From Acholeplasma laidlawii PG-8A (GTDB lineage Bacteria > Bacillota_I > Bacilli_A > Acholeplasmatales > Acholeplasmataceae), in assembly GCF_000018785.1 (NCBI RefSeq), contig NC_010163.1, positions 1 to 32,000 of the forward strand: a stretch of 32,000 nt of DNA. The letters are read 5' to 3'. Shown piece after piece: positions 10,606 through 19,505 of this stretch. The position numbers and the translations under genes are program-made. The stretch's first letter is position 1; the number at the start of each line of letters is the position of its first letter. The notes under the pieces were generated by a model. It was not told the DNA's origin. It saw nothing but the letters and a program-made list of their open reading frames with translations, and made no database searches.

Positions 10606-12924
10606 ATGTTAGAAGTTAGAAAATTAACTAAGTACTATGAAATAGGTGAACAAAGATTTGATGCTGTTAAGGGTATCAATTTAACCTTTAGACAAGATGA
10701 ATTTGTCTCTATTTTGGGTGAATCAGGTTCAGGAAAAACAACCTTATTAAATTTAATTGGTGGTTTAGACAGATATAATAGTGGAGATATTATCATTGAT
10801 AATGTATCTACTAAAAATTATAAAGATAAAGACTGGGATGCATACAGAAACCATAGAGTTGGTTTTGTATTCCAAAACTATAATTTAATTGCGCATTTAG
10901 ATGTGTTATCTAATGTTGAGTTAGCTCAAACATTATCTGGTGTTTCAAGAGAAGTTAGAAGAAAAAGAGCACTTGATGTTTTAACTAGAGTTGGATTAAA
11001 AGATCATGTCAATAAGAAGCCTAATCAATTATCTGGTGGTCAACAACAGCGTGTTTCTATCGCAAGAGCACTTGTTAATAACCCAACAATTATTCTAGCG
11101 GATGAACCAACTGGTGCATTAGATAGTGAAACATCTGAAGACATTATGAATCTACTAAAAGAAATATCTAAAGATAAACTCATCATAATGGTAACCCATA
11201 ATGCTGATTTAGCAAAGAGATTTTCAAATAGAATTGTAAGATTAAAAGATGGTGAAGTCATAGGGGACACCAATCCATATGATAAGAAAGATAATAAAGC
11301 ATTAAAAAACGAAACAAGTAAGTCAAGTATGAGTTACTTTACTGCATTAAGACTATCCTTTAAAAATATGCTGACTAAAAAGACAAGAACACTTATTACA
11401 GCACTTGCAGGATCTATCGGTATTATTGGGGTAGCACTTGTAATGTCCTTACAATATGGATTTACAGAGTACTTAAATGATATGGAGCGCGGTACATTTG
11501 CTGGACTACCACTTGAGGTGAGTCGTTCTTATACCGACTTTAGTGCAATTATTAACGCTAACCGTGACCGTGTGGAACCAGAACCGGTTGAAGGCGGCAT
11601 CATTGGTTATGAACCAGAAATTAGTTTTGCTTTTGCAACTAATGATATTACACAAGATTATATTGATTACATAGAAAATAGCGAGTTAAGTGCACATGGT
11701 ACAATTGTTTATCAATATGACTATAAGACACAATACTACTATTTAGATGGCAATAAGCTTAATGCGAATCCAACATCAAATCCCCAACCTCCATTTTCAT
11801 TTGTAGGTACGGATTATATTAATCAAAGTGCCTTCTCATATGATTTTGTTACGGAATATTTTGATATTGTATCAGGTAGTTATTATAACCCTTTAAAGTA
11901 TGAGGCGGTTATTGTTGTAGATGAAGGACATAGATTACCTAATAACATCATGACTTTCTTAGGGTTAAGTCAAAATACAATTATTCCTTTTGAAAATTTA
12001 GTTGGTCAAACATTTAAAATATTTACAAATAATGCAATGTATAAAGAAAATGACGGTATCTTCACAGCGAAAAATACAAATGTAGATACAGCAGACTTGT
12101 TATCATTATATAATGATGAATCTAACCAAAACGTCATCACTGTTACAATTTCAGGTATTATTAAGGTGAATACAGATTTTGTCTCAGTAGGTGAAGGGAT
12201 TTATTATACACCTAAAGTTGCCGAAAGAATTATTGAACTCAATACCCAATCAGATGTTGTAGTTGCACAACGTGCAAGTGAAACATCTGTTGTCAACGGT
12301 GTAACCATCAGCTTAAATAATACCAAAGAAGATGTGTTGTATACCTTGGGTGGTTATGATATTCCAAGCGGTATCTTGGTTTATCCAAATAGTTTTGATG
12401 ATAAAGAGGCAATTTTAAATATATTAGATGCTTATAACATTGGTAAAGATGAAGAGGCTCAAGTAAATTATGTGGACACTGTTGCATCCGCTGTAGGTAT
12501 GATTAAAACAGTGATGGATTCAATTAGTGCTGTACTAATCGCGTTTGCTGCAATATCACTTTTTGTATCAAGTGTGATGATTGGTATTATTACTTATACC
12601 TCAGTGTTAGAACGAACTAAAGAAATTGGTGTTCTTCGTTCTATTGGAGCTAGAAAAAAAGATATTTCACGTGTATTTAATGCAGAAGCTATATTAATAG
12701 GTTTATTTGCAGGTTCTTTAGGAGTTATTATTACATATTTACTTGTACCTATTGTCAATATTTTCTTAGCTGAACCAACAGGAAATGATCAAATTGCTCA
12801 GCTATTCTACCTACATGCACTATTGCTTATTGGAATTTCTGTGTTACTTACATTTGTTGCAGGATTAATACCAGCAAAAATTGCATCCAACAAAGATCCC
12901 GTAGCCGCTTTACGTAGTGAGTAA
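10606..12924 (+). CDS. Fused ABC transporter: ATP-binding domain plus FtsX/MacB-type permease in one polypeptide
   Basis: N-terminal NBD with Walker A GESGSGKTTLLN, signature LSGGQQQRVSIARAL and Walker B ILADEPTGALD. One TM segment (LITALAGSIGIIGVALVMSL), a roughly 350-aa non-hydrophobic domain, then a C-terminal FtsX-like three-TM bundle. I prefer the ATG at 10606 (MLEVRKL, GGGAAGG RBS at 10588-10594) over the track's start at 10576. Confidence 0.88.
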   Translation: MLEVRKLTKYYEIGEQRFDAVKGINLTFRQDEFVSILGESGSGKTTLLNLIGGLDRYNSGDIIIDNVSTKNYKDKDWDAYRNHRVGFVFQNYNLIAHLDVLSNVELAQTLSGVSREVRRKRALDVLTRVGLKDHVNKKPNQLSGGQQQRVSIARALVNNPTIILADEPTGALDSETSEDIMNLLKEISKDKLIIMVTHNADLAKRFSNRIVRLKDGEVIGDTNPYDKKDNKALKNETSKSSMSYFTALRLSFKNMLTKKTRTLITALAGSIGIIGVALVMSLQYGFTEYLNDMERGTFAGLPLEVSRSYTDFSAIINANRDRVEPEPVEGGIIGYEPEISFAFATNDITQDYIDYIENSELSAHGTIVYQYDYKTQYYYLDGNKLNANPTSNPQPPFSFVGTDYINQSAFSYDFVTEYFDIVSGSYYNPLKYEAVIVVDEGHRLPNNIMTFLGLSQNTIIPFENLVGQTFKIFTNNAMYKENDGIFTAKNTNVDTADLLSLYNDESNQNVITVTISGIIKVNTDFVSVGEGIYYTPKVAERIIELNTQSDVVVAQRASETSVVNGVTISLNNTKEDVLYTLGGYDIPSGILVYPNSFDDKEAILNILDAYNIGKDEEAQVNYVDTVASAVGMIKTVMDSISAVLIAFAAISLFVSSVMIGIITYTSVLERTKEIGVLRSIGARKKDISRVFNAEAILIGLFAGSLGVIITYLLVPIVNIFLAEPTGNDQIAQLFYLHALLLIGISVLLTFVAGLIPAKIASNKDPVAALRSE

Positions 12925-12937
12925 AATAGAGTATAAT
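12909..12937 (+). promoter_or_regulatory. Candidate sigma-A promoter for the serS leader
   Basis: TTTACG (12909-12914), a 17-nt spacer, then TATAAT (12932-12937). A second TATAAT lies at 12941-12946. Confidence 0.4.
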
Positions 12938-12943
12938 ATATAT

Positions 12944-13170
12944 AATACGATGAAAGAGCTAATTTTAACGTTTATGTGGTAGAGAGTCTGTGGTAGGTGA
13001 AAACAGATCATATAGTTAGAAGTTCCACTCTGGAGTGATGCTAAAAACATCCGAGTTATTCACGTTAAGAATGTATGAGCGCTATTGTTTATATACAATA
13101 GAATTAAGGTGGCACCGCGATAATCAATGGATCGTCCTTAGACTATTTTTAGTCTAAGGACGTTTATTTT
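12944..13170 (+). promoter_or_regulatory. T-box riboswitch leader controlling serS
   Basis: AGAGAG box at 12981-12986. Distal-loop GGTGAAA at 12996-13002. Conserved T-box sequence AATTAAGGTGGCACCGCG at 13102-13119. Terminator with a 12-bp stem CGTCCTTAGACT (13133-13144) / AGTCTAAGGACG (13151-13162), then TTTATTTT. Candidate specifier UCC at 13024-13026, followed by A. Confidence 0.88.
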
Positions 13171-13186
13171 ATAAGGAGAAGGAAAA

Positions 13187-14458
13187 ATGTTAGATTTAAA
13201 ATATATAACTGAAAATATAGATGAAGTCATCTTGAAGTTAAATACTAGAGGTGGTGATTTTAGCCACTTAAGACAATTAATAGATTTACAAGAAGAGCGT
13301 AAATCTGTAATTAAAGAAGTTGAAGACTTAAAAGCAAAAAGAAACGAATACTCCAAAGAAATTGGGGAACTTAAAAGACAAAAACAAGATGCTTCTCACG
13401 TGTTATTAAAAGTAGAGTCCATTAAAAGTGACATACCAGCACTTGAGTTAAAACTTGGTGAGATTGATGAAAAAATTAATAAAGAACTCATCGTTTTACC
13501 AAATATTCCTGCTGACGATGTACCGGTTGGTAAAGATGAATCTGCAAATATTGAAATTAAAAAATGGGGTACTATTAGACATTTTGATTTTGAAGTAAAA
13601 GATCATACTCAATTAGGTGAAGCACTAAATATATTAGACTTTGAACGTGCAACTAAAATCACTGGTCCACGTTTTGTAGTAGATAAAGGGCTAGGTGCTA
13701 GACTGGAAAGAGCGCTTATAAACTTTATGATAGATACACATGCGTATACACATGGTTATACCGAAATCATTCCACCGTTTATTGTAAATGATAAATCTAT
13801 GTATGCAACAGGACAATTTCCTAAGTTTAAAGAAGATGCTTTTAAATTAGAAGGATTTGATTGGTATTTAAATCCAACAGCAGAAGTACCAACTATTAAC
13901 CTATTTAGAGATGAAATCATTGATAATGATGCATTACCAATTCAGTATGTAGCTTATACAACAGCATTTAGATCAGAGGCAGGTTCTGCTGGACGAGATA
14001 CTAAGGGTATTTTAAGACAACATCAATTCAATAAAGTTGAATTAATTAAATTTGCACGACCTGAAGATTCTGAACAAGCTCATCAAGATATGTTAGCAAA
14101 CTCAGAAAGAATACTACAACTATTAAATATTCCTTATCGAGTAGTTGTCTTATCAACAGGAGACATGGGCTTTGGTATGAGTAAGACATACGATATTGAA
14201 GTATGGTTACCAGGTCAAAATATGTACCGTGAAATTGGATCTATTTCAAATGCTAGAGACTTTCAAGCAAGAAGAGCCAACATTCGCTTTAAACGTTCAA
14301 AAGATGCTAAAACAGAATATGTGCATACATTAAACGGTTCTGGTTTAGCTGTTGGTAGAACAATGATTGCAGTACTAGAGAACTATCAAAATCAAGATGG
14401 ATCAATTACAATACCAGAAGTCTTAAAACCATATATGGGTGTAGAAGTTATTAAATAA
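13187..14458 (+). CDS. serS: Serine--tRNA ligase
   Basis: 423 aa. N-terminal coiled-coil tRNA-binding arm and class II aaRS motifs (TGPRFVV; [25 protein letters not shown]; [16 protein letters not shown]). RBS AAGGAGAAGG upstream. Confidence 0.97.
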   Translation: MLDLKYITENIDEVILKLNTRGGDFSHLRQLIDLQEERKSVIKEVEDLKAKRNEYSKEIGELKRQKQDASHVLLKVESIKSDIPALELKLGEIDEKINKELIVLPNIPADDVPVGKDESANIEIKKWGTIRHFDFEVKDHTQLGEALNILDFERATKITGPRFVVDKGLGARLERALINFMIDTHAYTHGYTEIIPPFIVNDKSMYATGQFPKFKEDAFKLEGFDWYLNPTAEVPTINLFRDEIIDNDALPIQYVAYTTAFRSEAGSAGRDTKGILRQHQFNKVELIKFARPEDSEQAHQDMLANSERILQLLNIPYRVVVLSTGDMGFGMSKTYDIEVWLPGQNMYREIGSISNARDFQARRANIRFKRSKDAKTEYVHTLNGSGLAVGRTMIAVLENYQNQDGSITIPEVLKPYMGVEVIK

Positions 14459-14556
14459 TGTTATTCATTACAATAAATAACATAGTTTTTCATAAAGATT
14501 GAGAAATAAAGGTACAGACTATATACTAGAGGTACTTCATTTTTCTCTCTCGAAAC

Positions 14557-14582
14557 GCCACCTTTAAAAAGGTGGCTTTTCC
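14557..14582 (+). terminator. Rho-independent terminator downstream of serS
   Basis: GCCACC (14557-14562) / GGTGGC (14571-14576), extendable through the flanking T/A pairs, followed by TTTTCCTTT. Confidence 0.6.
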
Positions 14583-14658
14583 TTTATAAATACTAAGTTT
14601 CAAATTATGTGATAAAATTATATTAAGAAATTAATTAATCCAAGGGGGAATACAATTA

Positions 14659-15309
14659 ATGAAAATATATTTTGTTGAAGACGAAGTTAATATTTCAGAA
14701 ATTATCCGTAAATACTTAACGAGAGAAAATTATGATGTTACAGTTTTCTATGATGGTGAAACAGCCATGGAACACGTTGGTGATCCAGTTGATTTATGGA
14801 TTTTAGATATTATGTTGACTGGTGAAATTGACGGTTTTGATTTAATTAAGGCAATTTCAAAAGCAAATCCAGAAGCTGCTGTTATATTTACTTCAGCTAG
14901 AGATCAAGCTTTAGATAAAATCAAAGGTCTTGAATTAGGATCTGATGATTATATTGCTAAACCATATTCACCTAAAGAATTAATGCTTAGAGTCAAAGCT
15001 GTTTTAAAACGTAAGAATTCAAGACCAGGTCATATGACTTATAGTGACTATTCTATTCAATTAGACTCTAGAGAAATTAGACAAGGTGATAAACTAATTG
15101 AACTGACTAATAAAGAGTTTGAAATGTTACTTGTATTCTTAAAAAATAAACAAGAACCAATTGAAAGAAAACTTTTATTAGAAACTATATGGGGTAAAAA
15201 CTATGTGGGTTCTGATAGAGTTGTAGATGACTTACTACGTCGTCTGCGTTCTAAAATGCCACTATTAAGAATAGAAACTATTTACGGATTCGGCTATAGA
15301 TTATTATGA
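14659..15309 (+). CDS. OmpR/PhoB-family two-component response regulator
   Basis: 216 aa. Receiver domain (YFVEDE..., phospho-acceptor context LWILDIMLTG, conserved K in YIAKPYSPKEL) and a winged-helix output domain (LTNKEFEMLLVFL...GFGYRL). Confidence 0.92.
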   Translation: MKIYFVEDEVNISEIIRKYLTRENYDVTVFYDGETAMEHVGDPVDLWILDIMLTGEIDGFDLIKAISKANPEAAVIFTSARDQALDKIKGLELGSDDYIAKPYSPKELMLRVKAVLKRKNSRPGHMTYSDYSIQLDSREIRQGDKLIELTNKEFEMLLVFLKNKQEPIERKLLLETIWGKNYVGSDRVVDDLLRRLRSKMPLLRIETIYGFGYRLL

Positions 15310-16622
15310 CCAAACTAAAACTTGCCACACAACTCAATATCATATTTTCATTTGTCACGATATTAGGTGGTATGTTTTTTTTGTTTATCGTTAGTTTGAG
15401 TTTTACAAGAGCCTATGAAAATCAAAATAGAATTTATTTAGATAGTTATTTTAATGAGATTTTGAGAATATATGAAGAAAATCCTATGGGTTTTTCTTAT
15501 GAGAGTCTTACAAAATATAATGATTTTTTCATTATTGTAGACGATCAAGTAGTCCACTATTCAAAAAATAACGTATCACTACAAGATTTTAATCAAATAT
15601 CTAATTTCATGCTAAGGGAACACTTTAAGAGTCAAGAAACATATACCAACAGAACACTTAGATATACCATAGATGGCAACATAGCCTATATGGGACGAGT
15701 TAAAAGACCATTGAATGGTACCAAGTATGGTGTATTTGCAGTATCTAACGTGACTGAGTTTGTTGAAGATATGACAGGTAATATCCCGTTTTATACAACA
15801 CTCGCATTCTTAAATATATTAGTCCTAGGTAACATCATTGTATGGCTATGGAGTACTAGTACAGTAGGAAAATTAAAGGATCTACAATCTAGTGTGAAAC
15901 AAATGATTGAAGATGATTATCAATCAGAGGTGAAAGTAGATAGTAGTGCAGAAGAGATTGCTTCTCTTGCTGAAACTATTAATAATATGCGTATTGAAAT
16001 TAAAAATAATGAAGATACTAAAAAAGAAATGATTCAAAACTTAGGTCATGATTTGAAAACGCCGATTGCTGTCATTAGGTCTTATGCAGAAGCGATTCAA
16101 GATGGTATTGAAGGTGTGGAATCGACTGATCTTATTATTAAACAATCAGATTTACTCAATAAAAAGGTTAAGCAAATTATTGAGTATAGTAAGATTGGCT
16201 ATATTGATAACCATAATACTTATGAAAAGACATCATTTAAGACAATTGTTGAACAAGTTGTAAATAACTATAAATATATTACTAATTTAAGGTTTATTAT
16301 TGATATTGAAACAGATTGGATTCATCTCATGGATCCAGAGGGGGCCCATATTGCAATATCTAACATTGTAGATAATGCAGTGCGCTATGCACAAACAAAA
16401 ATCGTTATCCAAATAACAGAAAAAAAGCTCACCATCTTTAATGATGGAGAGCATATAGAAGAAAATGTTTTACCAAAGATTTTTAAAGCCTATGAAAAAG
16501 GTAGTAAAGGTCAATTTGGTTTAGGTCTAGCCATTGTGAAAGAAACAATGGATAGATTTGGATTAAAGGTTTCTGTTATCAATCACGCTAATGGTGTATT
16601 ATTTACGATAGAGCTGCAATAA
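15306..16622 (+). CDS. Sensor histidine kinase (two TM segments, HisKA + HATPase_c)
   Basis: 438 aa. TM segments near aa 12-33 and 162-182. H-box LGHDLKTPIAVIRSYAEAI, N-box ISNIVDNAVRYA, G-box GLGLAIVKE. ATGA overlap with the regulator gene. Confidence 0.9.
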   Translation: MTKLKLATQLNIIFSFVTILGGMFFLFIVSLSFTRAYENQNRIYLDSYFNEILRIYEENPMGFSYESLTKYNDFFIIVDDQVVHYSKNNVSLQDFNQISNFMLREHFKSQETYTNRTLRYTIDGNIAYMGRVKRPLNGTKYGVFAVSNVTEFVEDMTGNIPFYTTLAFLNILVLGNIIVWLWSTSTVGKLKDLQSSVKQMIEDDYQSEVKVDSSAEEIASLAETINNMRIEIKNNEDTKKEMIQNLGHDLKTPIAVIRSYAEAIQDGIEGVESTDLIIKQSDLLNKKVKQIIEYSKIGYIDNHNTYEKTSFKTIVEQVVNNYKYITNLRFIIDIETDWIHLMDPEGAHIAISNIVDNAVRYAQTKIVIQITEKKLTIFNDGEHIEENVLPKIFKAYEKGSKGQFGLGLAIVKETMDRFGLKVSVINHANGVLFTIELQ

Positions 16623-17019
16623 TCATTGCTGCTCTATTTTTATAATCATCAGCAGTGATTATTTTTGAAGTATCGTTGAGTTTAATTGTAATCTCTTCTT
16701 TATCATATCGTGGGATAATATGTACGTGATAATGAAATACAGTTTGACCTGCAGTGGAACCATTATTATTTAATAGGTTAATCCCTGATGGGTTAAAAGC
16801 ATGTTGAATCCCTTTAGCTAATTTTTGTACGACACCAAATAAATGTTTTAAAACATCTTCTGGAACCTCTAAAATATTTTCATAAGGCGATTTTGTAACA
16901 ACTAACGTGTGTCCTTTAGTACTTTGTGTAATATCTAAAAATGCGATGACTAAATCATCTTCATATACGATATGGCTAGGAATCTTTCTTTCCACTATTT
17001 TTGTAAATATTGTTTCCAT
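16603..17019 (-). CDS. HIT-family nucleotide hydrolase/transferase
   Basis: Histidine triad HYHVHIIP, with typical N-terminal FTKIVERKIPSHIVYEDD and AFLDI motifs. I prefer the start at 17019 (METIFTKI) with an AAGGAG RBS 9 nt upstream. The track ORF extends to 17040. Confidence 0.88.
   Translation of the reverse strand: METIFTKIVERKIPSHIVYEDDLVIAFLDITQSTKGHTLVVTKSPYENILEVPEDVLKHLFGVVQKLAKGIQHAFNPSGINLLNNNGSTAGQTVFHYHVHIIPRYDKEEITIKLNDTSKIITADDYKNRAAMIIAALS
16608..16637. terminator. Hairpin shared by the convergent kinase and HIT genes (possible bidirectional terminator)
   Basis: ATAGAGCTGCAA (16608-16619) pairs with TTGCTGCTCTAT (16626-16637) at 11 of 12 positions, followed by TTTTT on the plus strand. 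It lies within the 20-nt overlap of the two 3' ends. Confidence 0.45.
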
Positions 17020-17123
17020 AATTATCATCTCCTTATACATATTATATCAAATATCTTTTCTTGTGGATGTTTCTTATACGTGATATAATTTATATAAAGA
17101 TATAATTTGGAAGGAAAATAGTT

Positions 17124-17714
17124 ATGAAAAAAATACCTGTAGGCATCTCTGGACGCCACGCTCACGTTACAAAAGAGCATTTAGAAATATTATTTGGAGC
17201 TGGTTATGAATTAACCATTTTAAAAGAATTAAGCCAACCTGGCCAATATGCAGCAGAAGAAAAAATTGATGTTGTATCTCCAGACGGTAGAGTATTAGAA
17301 GGCGTTCGAATTCTAGGACCAACACGTAAAGGTACTCAAATTGAAATCTCACAAAGTGATGCAATCCGTTATAAATTTGTTGCACCTGTTCGTTCAAGTG
17401 GTGATACTGCTGGATCAGGAAAAGCTAAATTAGTAGGACCTAAAGGTGAAGTAGAAATCAATGAAGGTGTTATCATTGCTGATAGACATATCCATTTCTC
17501 ACCTGAGGATGCAGTAGCTTTTGGTGTCAAAGATAGAGATGTTGTCTCAATTAAAATTGATGGTATTAAAGCGGGTCTATTAGATAACGTATTATGCCGT
17601 GTACACGAAAGTTTTAGATTAGATTGCCATTTAGACACTGATGATGGTGCAGCATTTATGCTAAGAAATGGTGACACCGTATCACTTGTTAAAAAATATC
17701 AAATTTTAGACTAA
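17124..17714 (+). CDS. pduL: PduL-type phosphate acyltransferase (phosphate propanoyl/acetyl-transferase)
   Basis: 196 aa with the two PduL half-repeats, each carrying the metal-site signature: GISGRHAHV (aa 7-15) and IIADRHIHF (aa 117-125). Further family-typical sequence: GVRILGPTR...QIEIS.SDA and FRLDCHLDTDDGAA. Confidence 0.85.
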   Translation: MKKIPVGISGRHAHVTKEHLEILFGAGYELTILKELSQPGQYAAEEKIDVVSPDGRVLEGVRILGPTRKGTQIEISQSDAIRYKFVAPVRSSGDTAGSGKAKLVGPKGEVEINEGVIIADRHIHFSPEDAVAFGVKDRDVVSIKIDGIKAGLLDNVLCRVHESFRLDCHLDTDDGAAFMLRNGDTVSLVKKYQILD

Positions 17715-17723
17715 TAAATAGAT

Positions 17724-17744
17724 AAGTGGCATTTGCCACTTTTC
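17724..17744 (+). terminator. Short hairpin after pduL (weak terminator or attenuator)
   Basis: AAGTGGC (17724-17730) / GCCACTT (17735-17741), 4-nt loop, then a short T tract. It lies only 20 nt before the next start codon. Confidence 0.4.
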
Positions 17745-17763
17745 ACTTCATAAGAGGTAATAT

Positions 17764-18969
17764 ATGGTAAAACTTGAAAGACAAGAAGTTTTTAGAGATC
17801 CATTATATGGTTATATTCATGTAGATTATGAATTCATCATTGATTTAATCGACACATCTGTATTTCAAAGACTCAGACGTGTTAGACAATTATCTGGTGT
17901 TCATATGGTGTTTCACTCTGCAGAACATTCTAGATTCTCACATGCTTTAGGTGTTTATGAATTAGCCAATAGATTCTTAGATATCAAAGAAATAAAGGAA
18001 AACTTAAACGAACGTGAAAGTTTGTTGTTTTTAGTTGCAGCACTCTTACATGATATCGGACACGGTGCATACTCACATGCATTTGAGTATGTATTTAAAG
18101 TAAACCATGAAGTCATTGGTGCAACCATTATTAAAACACACCCTGAAATAAGAAATATTTTAGATAAGATAGATGCTTCATTTGCTGATGATGTTTCAAG
18201 TATCATTTTAAAGGATAAGAAATTTCCATTAATTGAGCAACTCATTTCTTCTCAACTAGACGTTGATCGGCTAGATTACTTAGAAAGAGATGCTTATTTT
18301 ACGGGGGCAGCTTATGGTCATATCGATTTAGACCGTTTAATGAGAGTCGTTAAAATACACAATAAGAAATTAGCCTTTAAAGCATCGGGTATTCACGCAA
18401 TTGAAAACTACTTAGTTGCCAGATACCATATGTACTGGCAAGTATATTACCATCCAAAAGCTAGAGCTTATGAAGTAATACTAGAAAAAATATATTTTAG
18501 AGTTAGAGATTTACTAGAAACTAATTTTAATTTTGAGCATGATGTCACATCACTTAAAACCATATTAAAAGACCCAACAAACATGTATGCCTATTTAAAG
18601 ATAGATGATTATTATATGAACGGACTTATTGCATATTTCTTAAATTCAAAAGATCCTATCTTAAAAGAATTATCAAGTGATTTTTTAAATCGAAATATTT
18701 GGTCATATATTGATGATACTAAAGAAAACCAACAACAAATCAATGACATCTTGAACTCAAGAAGCTCGGACGATATAAAATACTTTACCCTTAAAACAAG
18801 TGTTGAACAAAGTGCCTACCGTGAAACAGAAGCTAATTTGGGTGATCAAATTTATATTTACAATGAGAAAGGTAATATTGTAACTTTATCTGAGCATTCA
18901 TCTATTGTACACGCACTTGTAACATCAAGTGTAAAATCAGATCCTAAGTTCTTCTATAAAAAAAGATGA
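17764..18969 (+). CDS. HD-domain phosphohydrolase (SAMHD1/YwfO-like putative dNTP triphosphohydrolase)
   Basis: 401 aa. RLRRVRQL, RFSHALGVYELA, LLHDIGHGAYSH and DVDRLDYLERDAYFTG, the metal and allosteric motif set of the HD dNTPase-like family. Confidence 0.8.
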   Translation: MVKLERQEVFRDPLYGYIHVDYEFIIDLIDTSVFQRLRRVRQLSGVHMVFHSAEHSRFSHALGVYELANRFLDIKEIKENLNERESLLFLVAALLHDIGHGAYSHAFEYVFKVNHEVIGATIIKTHPEIRNILDKIDASFADDVSSIILKDKKFPLIEQLISSQLDVDRLDYLERDAYFTGAAYGHIDLDRLMRVVKIHNKKLAFKASGIHAIENYLVARYHMYWQVYYHPKARAYEVILEKIYFRVRDLLETNFNFEHDVTSLKTILKDPTNMYAYLKIDDYYMNGLIAYFLNSKDPILKELSSDFLNRNIWSYIDDTKENQQQINDILNSRSSDDIKYFTLKTSVEQSAYRETEANLGDQIYIYNEKGNIVTLSEHSSIVHALVTSSVKSDPKFFYKKR

Positions 18970-19505
18970 AACAAAAAATATATGTTGTTGAAGGCACACA
19001 CGATGAAACGCTACTTAAACAAATAGATCCAAATATTAGAACTGTTTCTGTTGGGGGATCACAAATCAAAGAAGATGTGATTCAGTTTTTAAAAACCTAT
19101 GAAGATAAATTTCAAATCATACTTTTATTAGATCCTGATTATACGGGTGAACAAATAAGAAAAAGGATTGCTAAACATTTAACAAATCCTACACATATCT
19201 TTGTTCAAAAACATAAAGCGATTAGTAAAAATAAAAAGAAGATAGGTGTTGAACACCTATCCTTAGAAGATTTAAAGACCATGCTTCTCCATGAGGTACA
19301 AGAACTACCTAAAGTAGAGTCTATTACATTAGATAGTTTATATAAATTGGGACTTAGCGGTCAAACAGACTCTAAAGCCAAAAGAGACTACTTAACCAGC
19401 AAATTAAACCTAACCTATAGTAACTCCAAGACACTGATACAAAGGCTTAATTGGCTAGGGTTAAGTTATAAAGATTTAGAGGATATATTATATGCATCAA
19501 GCTAA
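18966..19505 (+). CDS. rnmV: Ribonuclease M5 (5S rRNA maturase, Toprim domain)
   Basis: 179 aa. Toprim motifs IYVVEGTHDE and LLLDPDYTGEQIR. Located directly upstream of and overlapping rsmA, as in Bacillus. Confidence 0.85.
   Translation: MKQKIYVVEGTHDETLLKQIDPNIRTVSVGGSQIKEDVIQFLKTYEDKFQIILLLDPDYTGEQIRKRIAKHLTNPTHIFVQKHKAISKNKKKIGVEHLSLEDLKTMLLHEVQELPKVESITLDSLYKLGLSGQTDSKAKRDYLTSKLNLTYSNSKTLIQRLNWLGLSYKDLEDILYASS

Noticed and set aside
13138-13356. 72-aa minus-strand ORF
   Set aside because: It runs antisense across the T-box terminator and the serS 5' end. It is low-complexity and has no RBS, so it is spurious.
17020-17040. Upstream ATG for the HIT gene (MYKEMII extension)
   Set aside because: The AAGGAG RBS (17029-17034, minus strand) lies inside the extension and is correctly spaced for the ATG at 17019.
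17167-17677. Two minus-strand ORFs (76 and 102 aa) within pduL
   Set aside because: They are antisense shadows of a well-supported CDS, with unusual composition and no start context.
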